In this document: positions 46,448 through 48,482 of the stretch, piece after piece
Numbering within the stretch: the stretch's first letter is position 1
Layout of the letters: the number at the start of each line of letters is the position of its first letter
IMG/VR virus record: IMGVR_UViG_3300020043_005195
Span: 1 to 48,482 of that record
DNA from: a virus
Lineage: Duplodnaviria; Caudoviricetes
Reading direction: 5' to 3' (one strand)
Length of the DNA stretch: 48,482 nucleotides
Notes under the pieces: generated by a model
What the model was told of the DNA's origin: nothing
The model's input: only the letters and a program-made list of their open reading frames with translations
Databases searched by the model: none
Translations under genes and position numbers: made by a program

Positions 46448-47458
46448 ATGGCAACTTTAAGTACTTCAGCTCCAACTCTTCTAGACCTTGCGCTCTTACC
46501 AGAGAACAAGAACGCTAAAGATGTTATCAACCTAATGGCAAAGTTCAACCCAATGCTACAGCACGCTCCGGCGTATGAGTGTAACAAAGGGACATACCAC
46601 GAGACTACAGTACTTACTGGTCTTCCTTCTCCTACTTGGGGCCGTTTGTACAAAGGGATTCCTGCTACTAAAGGTTCAAGACAAGTAGTTAAGGACACTC
46701 AGGGGTTCTTAGAATCTGCTGCTGAAGTGGATACTAGATTAGTAGACGTTTTTGAAAAAGCTGAAGATAAAGCATCTATCCGTATGGAAGAAGCTGAAAG
46801 TCACCTAGAGGCAATGGCTCAAGAAGCTGCAAGAGCATTGATCTACCACGATACTCAAGTTGATCCAGAGAAGCCAATGGGCTTTGCTCCACGTTTCAAT
46901 CTTACTACTGCAGAAAACGGTGGCCAGATTATCGACGGTGCAGGTTCGGGAAGTGATAACACTTCAATCTGGATGATCACTTGGGATAAAAAAGCCAACC
47001 ACCTAATCTATCCTAAAGGCTATATGGCTGGTGTGAAGAGACAAGATCGCGGCGCGGTTCCTAAGCTAGACGCCGACAACAATACCTACTTCATGTATCG
47101 TGAAGAATTTACTTGGCACCTAGGGCTGTCGGTTCGTGACTGGAGATATGTAGCTCGCGGGGCGAACATTGATACTTCGGATCTAAGTATCGACGCTACT
47201 ACTGGTGCAAACATTATCAACGTAATGACAAATATGTACTACAAGCATTACGGAAGAAAAGTAAATATGGGAAGCACCTATATGTACGTGAACACTACAA
47301 TCATGAAGTACCTTGACTATCAAGCAAGAACTACTCCAGCTAAGCTTCAGCTTACTTATGCTCAAGCAGGCGTGAACGCTTCTGAGGTTTTACACTTCAG
47401 AGGGATTCCAGTGATTGAGAGTGATGCGATACTGAACACAGAAGATCACGTCCTTTAA
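46448..47458 (+). CDS. Major capsid protein (BPP-1 Bbp17/epsilon15 gp7-like)
   Basis: 'TGLPSPTW..LYKG', 'GLSVRDWRYVAR.ANID', 'FRGIPV..SDAILNTE'. Confidence 0.93.
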   Translation: MATLSTSAPTLLDLALLPENKNAKDVINLMAKFNPMLQHAPAYECNKGTYHETTVLTGLPSPTWGRLYKGIPATKGSRQVVKDTQGFLESAAEVDTRLVDVFEKAEDKASIRMEEAESHLEAMAQEAARALIYHDTQVDPEKPMGFAPRFNLTTAENGGQIIDGAGSGSDNTSIWMITWDKKANHLIYPKGYMAGVKRQDRGAVPKLDADNNTYFMYREEFTWHLGLSVRDWRYVARGANIDTSDLSIDATTGANIINVMTNMYYKHYGRKVNMGSTYMYVNTTIMKYLDYQARTTPAKLQLTYAQAGVNASEVLHFRGIPVIESDAILNTEDHVL

Positions 47459-47475
47459 TTAGGGACGTGGTTTTT
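47447..47475 (+). terminator. Rho-independent terminator after the capsid gene
   Basis: CACGTCCTT/AGGGACGTG stem followed by GTTTTT. Confidence 0.75.
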
Positions 47476-47517
47476 GAATTTATAAACTAATTACCGGCGA
47501 GTGTCGGGAGGTATAAG

Positions 47518-47952
47518 ATGATTTTAGATAATAGAGCGATATTCTCAGACCAACAAGCAATCACAGCTACTGCAGCCTCGACTAACGTCATGGACCTTCA
47601 GGCGCTTGGATTAACCTATGACCTTGTTCAACTAAAAAGACGTCAAGGGATTAAAGACATTCCTTTGTTCTTGAAAGTGACTGAGGACTTCGATGCTCTT
47701 ACTTCTCTTACTATCGCGATTGAAACTTCTGATGCAGAAGGTTTCGGTTCAGGCGTAGTGACAGTGTTCAGCGTATCGGTTCTTCTCGCTGACTTGGTCG
47801 TAGGATATAAATTTCCTCTTCCTTACTTGCCAAAGAATATCACTAAAAGATATGTAAGATTCAAATATACTGTATCAGGTTCTAACCCTACTGTAGGGAA
47901 AATCAGCTCAGGCTTAACTTGTGGATCTGCAGACGAGTCTTACGTAGGTTAA
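47518..47952 (+). CDS. Capsid cement protein (Bbp16-like)
   Basis: 'MILD...FSDQQAITATAASTNVMDL', 'RYVRFKYTV', 'GKISSG'. Confidence 0.85.
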   Translation: MILDNRAIFSDQQAITATAASTNVMDLQALGLTYDLVQLKRRQGIKDIPLFLKVTEDFDALTSLTIAIETSDAEGFGSGVVTVFSVSVLLADLVVGYKFPLPYLPKNITKRYVRFKYTVSGSNPTVGKISSGLTCGSADESYVG

Positions 47953-47970
47953 TTTTTGGAGAGGTTTTAA

Positions 47971-48348
47971 ATGGCTAAGGTTGTGGCATCAGAAAAAAGT
48001 ACTGTGAAGGTTGTCCCTAAAGAGACAGCCATTCGCGTAGTAGCTATCACAGAAGGCTACTATATGGGAAGAATCATTCAGAAAGGGCAAAAGTTCACCT
48101 ATAGAGGAGCCCTTAAGAAAGACGGTGGTCTTCCACTATGGGTAGTTGCTGAGAAGGCTCTGGCTGTAGTTAAAGAAAAAAATGTGGTCTCAGACGGATT
48201 AGATATCGAAGATGCCGGAGCAAGCTCTGAGGATCTTCATAATCTTCAACAAGAAAAAAACGCGGAAGCGGATGAGAAACTTAGACAAGAGGTTGCAAAA
48301 CTTCCGGGCTCTGGGGTCGAATCTTCTCCCGCTAAAAATCTCGTCTAA
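47971..48348 (+). CDS. Hypothetical virion-module protein
   Basis: 125 aa; 'GYYMGRII..GQKF...W' motif; between cement and tail tube A. Confidence 0.65.
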   Translation: MAKVVASEKSTVKVVPKETAIRVVAITEGYYMGRIIQKGQKFTYRGALKKDGGLPLWVVAEKALAVVKEKNVVSDGLDIEDAGASSEDLHNLQQEKNAEADEKLRQEVAKLPGSGVESSPAKNLV

Positions 48349-48482
48349 TACTTAATAAGGGGGTGGCTTGTGTTAAGTAAGACGGATGTCGCGAACTTAG
48401 CATTAGGCTACCTAGCTTCAAGTCAAGCGTTGACAGATTTAGATGCAGACAATTCAGTAGCTGCAAAAATCCTAAGACGATT

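Noticed and set aside
48362-48482. Biological terminal repeat
   Set aside because: It is 121 bp, lies inside a tail gene and is k-mer sized; best explained as assembly overlap.
1-48482. Integrase, repressor switch, RNA polymerase, tRNA genes or stop-codon recoding
   Set aside because: None recognisable by eye; genes are full length under the standard code.

Overview
A complete, circularly assembled ~48.36 kb podovirus genome; bases 1-121 recur at 48362-48482. Virion module is BPP-1/epsilon15-like and runs on the + strand across the join: TerS, head-spike pair, TerL, portal, scaffold, major capsid, cement, tail tubes A/B, three ejection proteins, two tail fibres, holin/spanin-like genes. The - strand arm carries early hypothetical genes, two peptidoglycan hydrolases and a replication module: SNF2-like helicase, DUF2800 nuclease, DUF2815 SSB, family A DNA polymerase, resolvase, prim-pol/VirE helicase. 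I saw no integrase, RNA polymerase, tRNA or CRISPR array. Highlights: (1) a 266-aa intein in polymerase motif B whose HNH endonuclease is encoded entirely in the -1 frame, with its own Shine-Dalgarno and a stop overlapping the intein's His-Asn codons; (2) eight unrelated proteins end in a shared [TSD]-F-[ILM] C-terminal tag, and the first early gene resembles a truncated beta-clamp keeping the peptide-pocket motifs; (3) a ~315-nt structured intergenic RNA candidate whose apical loop is complementary to the predicted first 13 nt of two replication-arm mRNAs; (4) a small protein ending in an SSB-tail mimic (DDIPF). All family assignments come from motif recognition by eye, not database searches.
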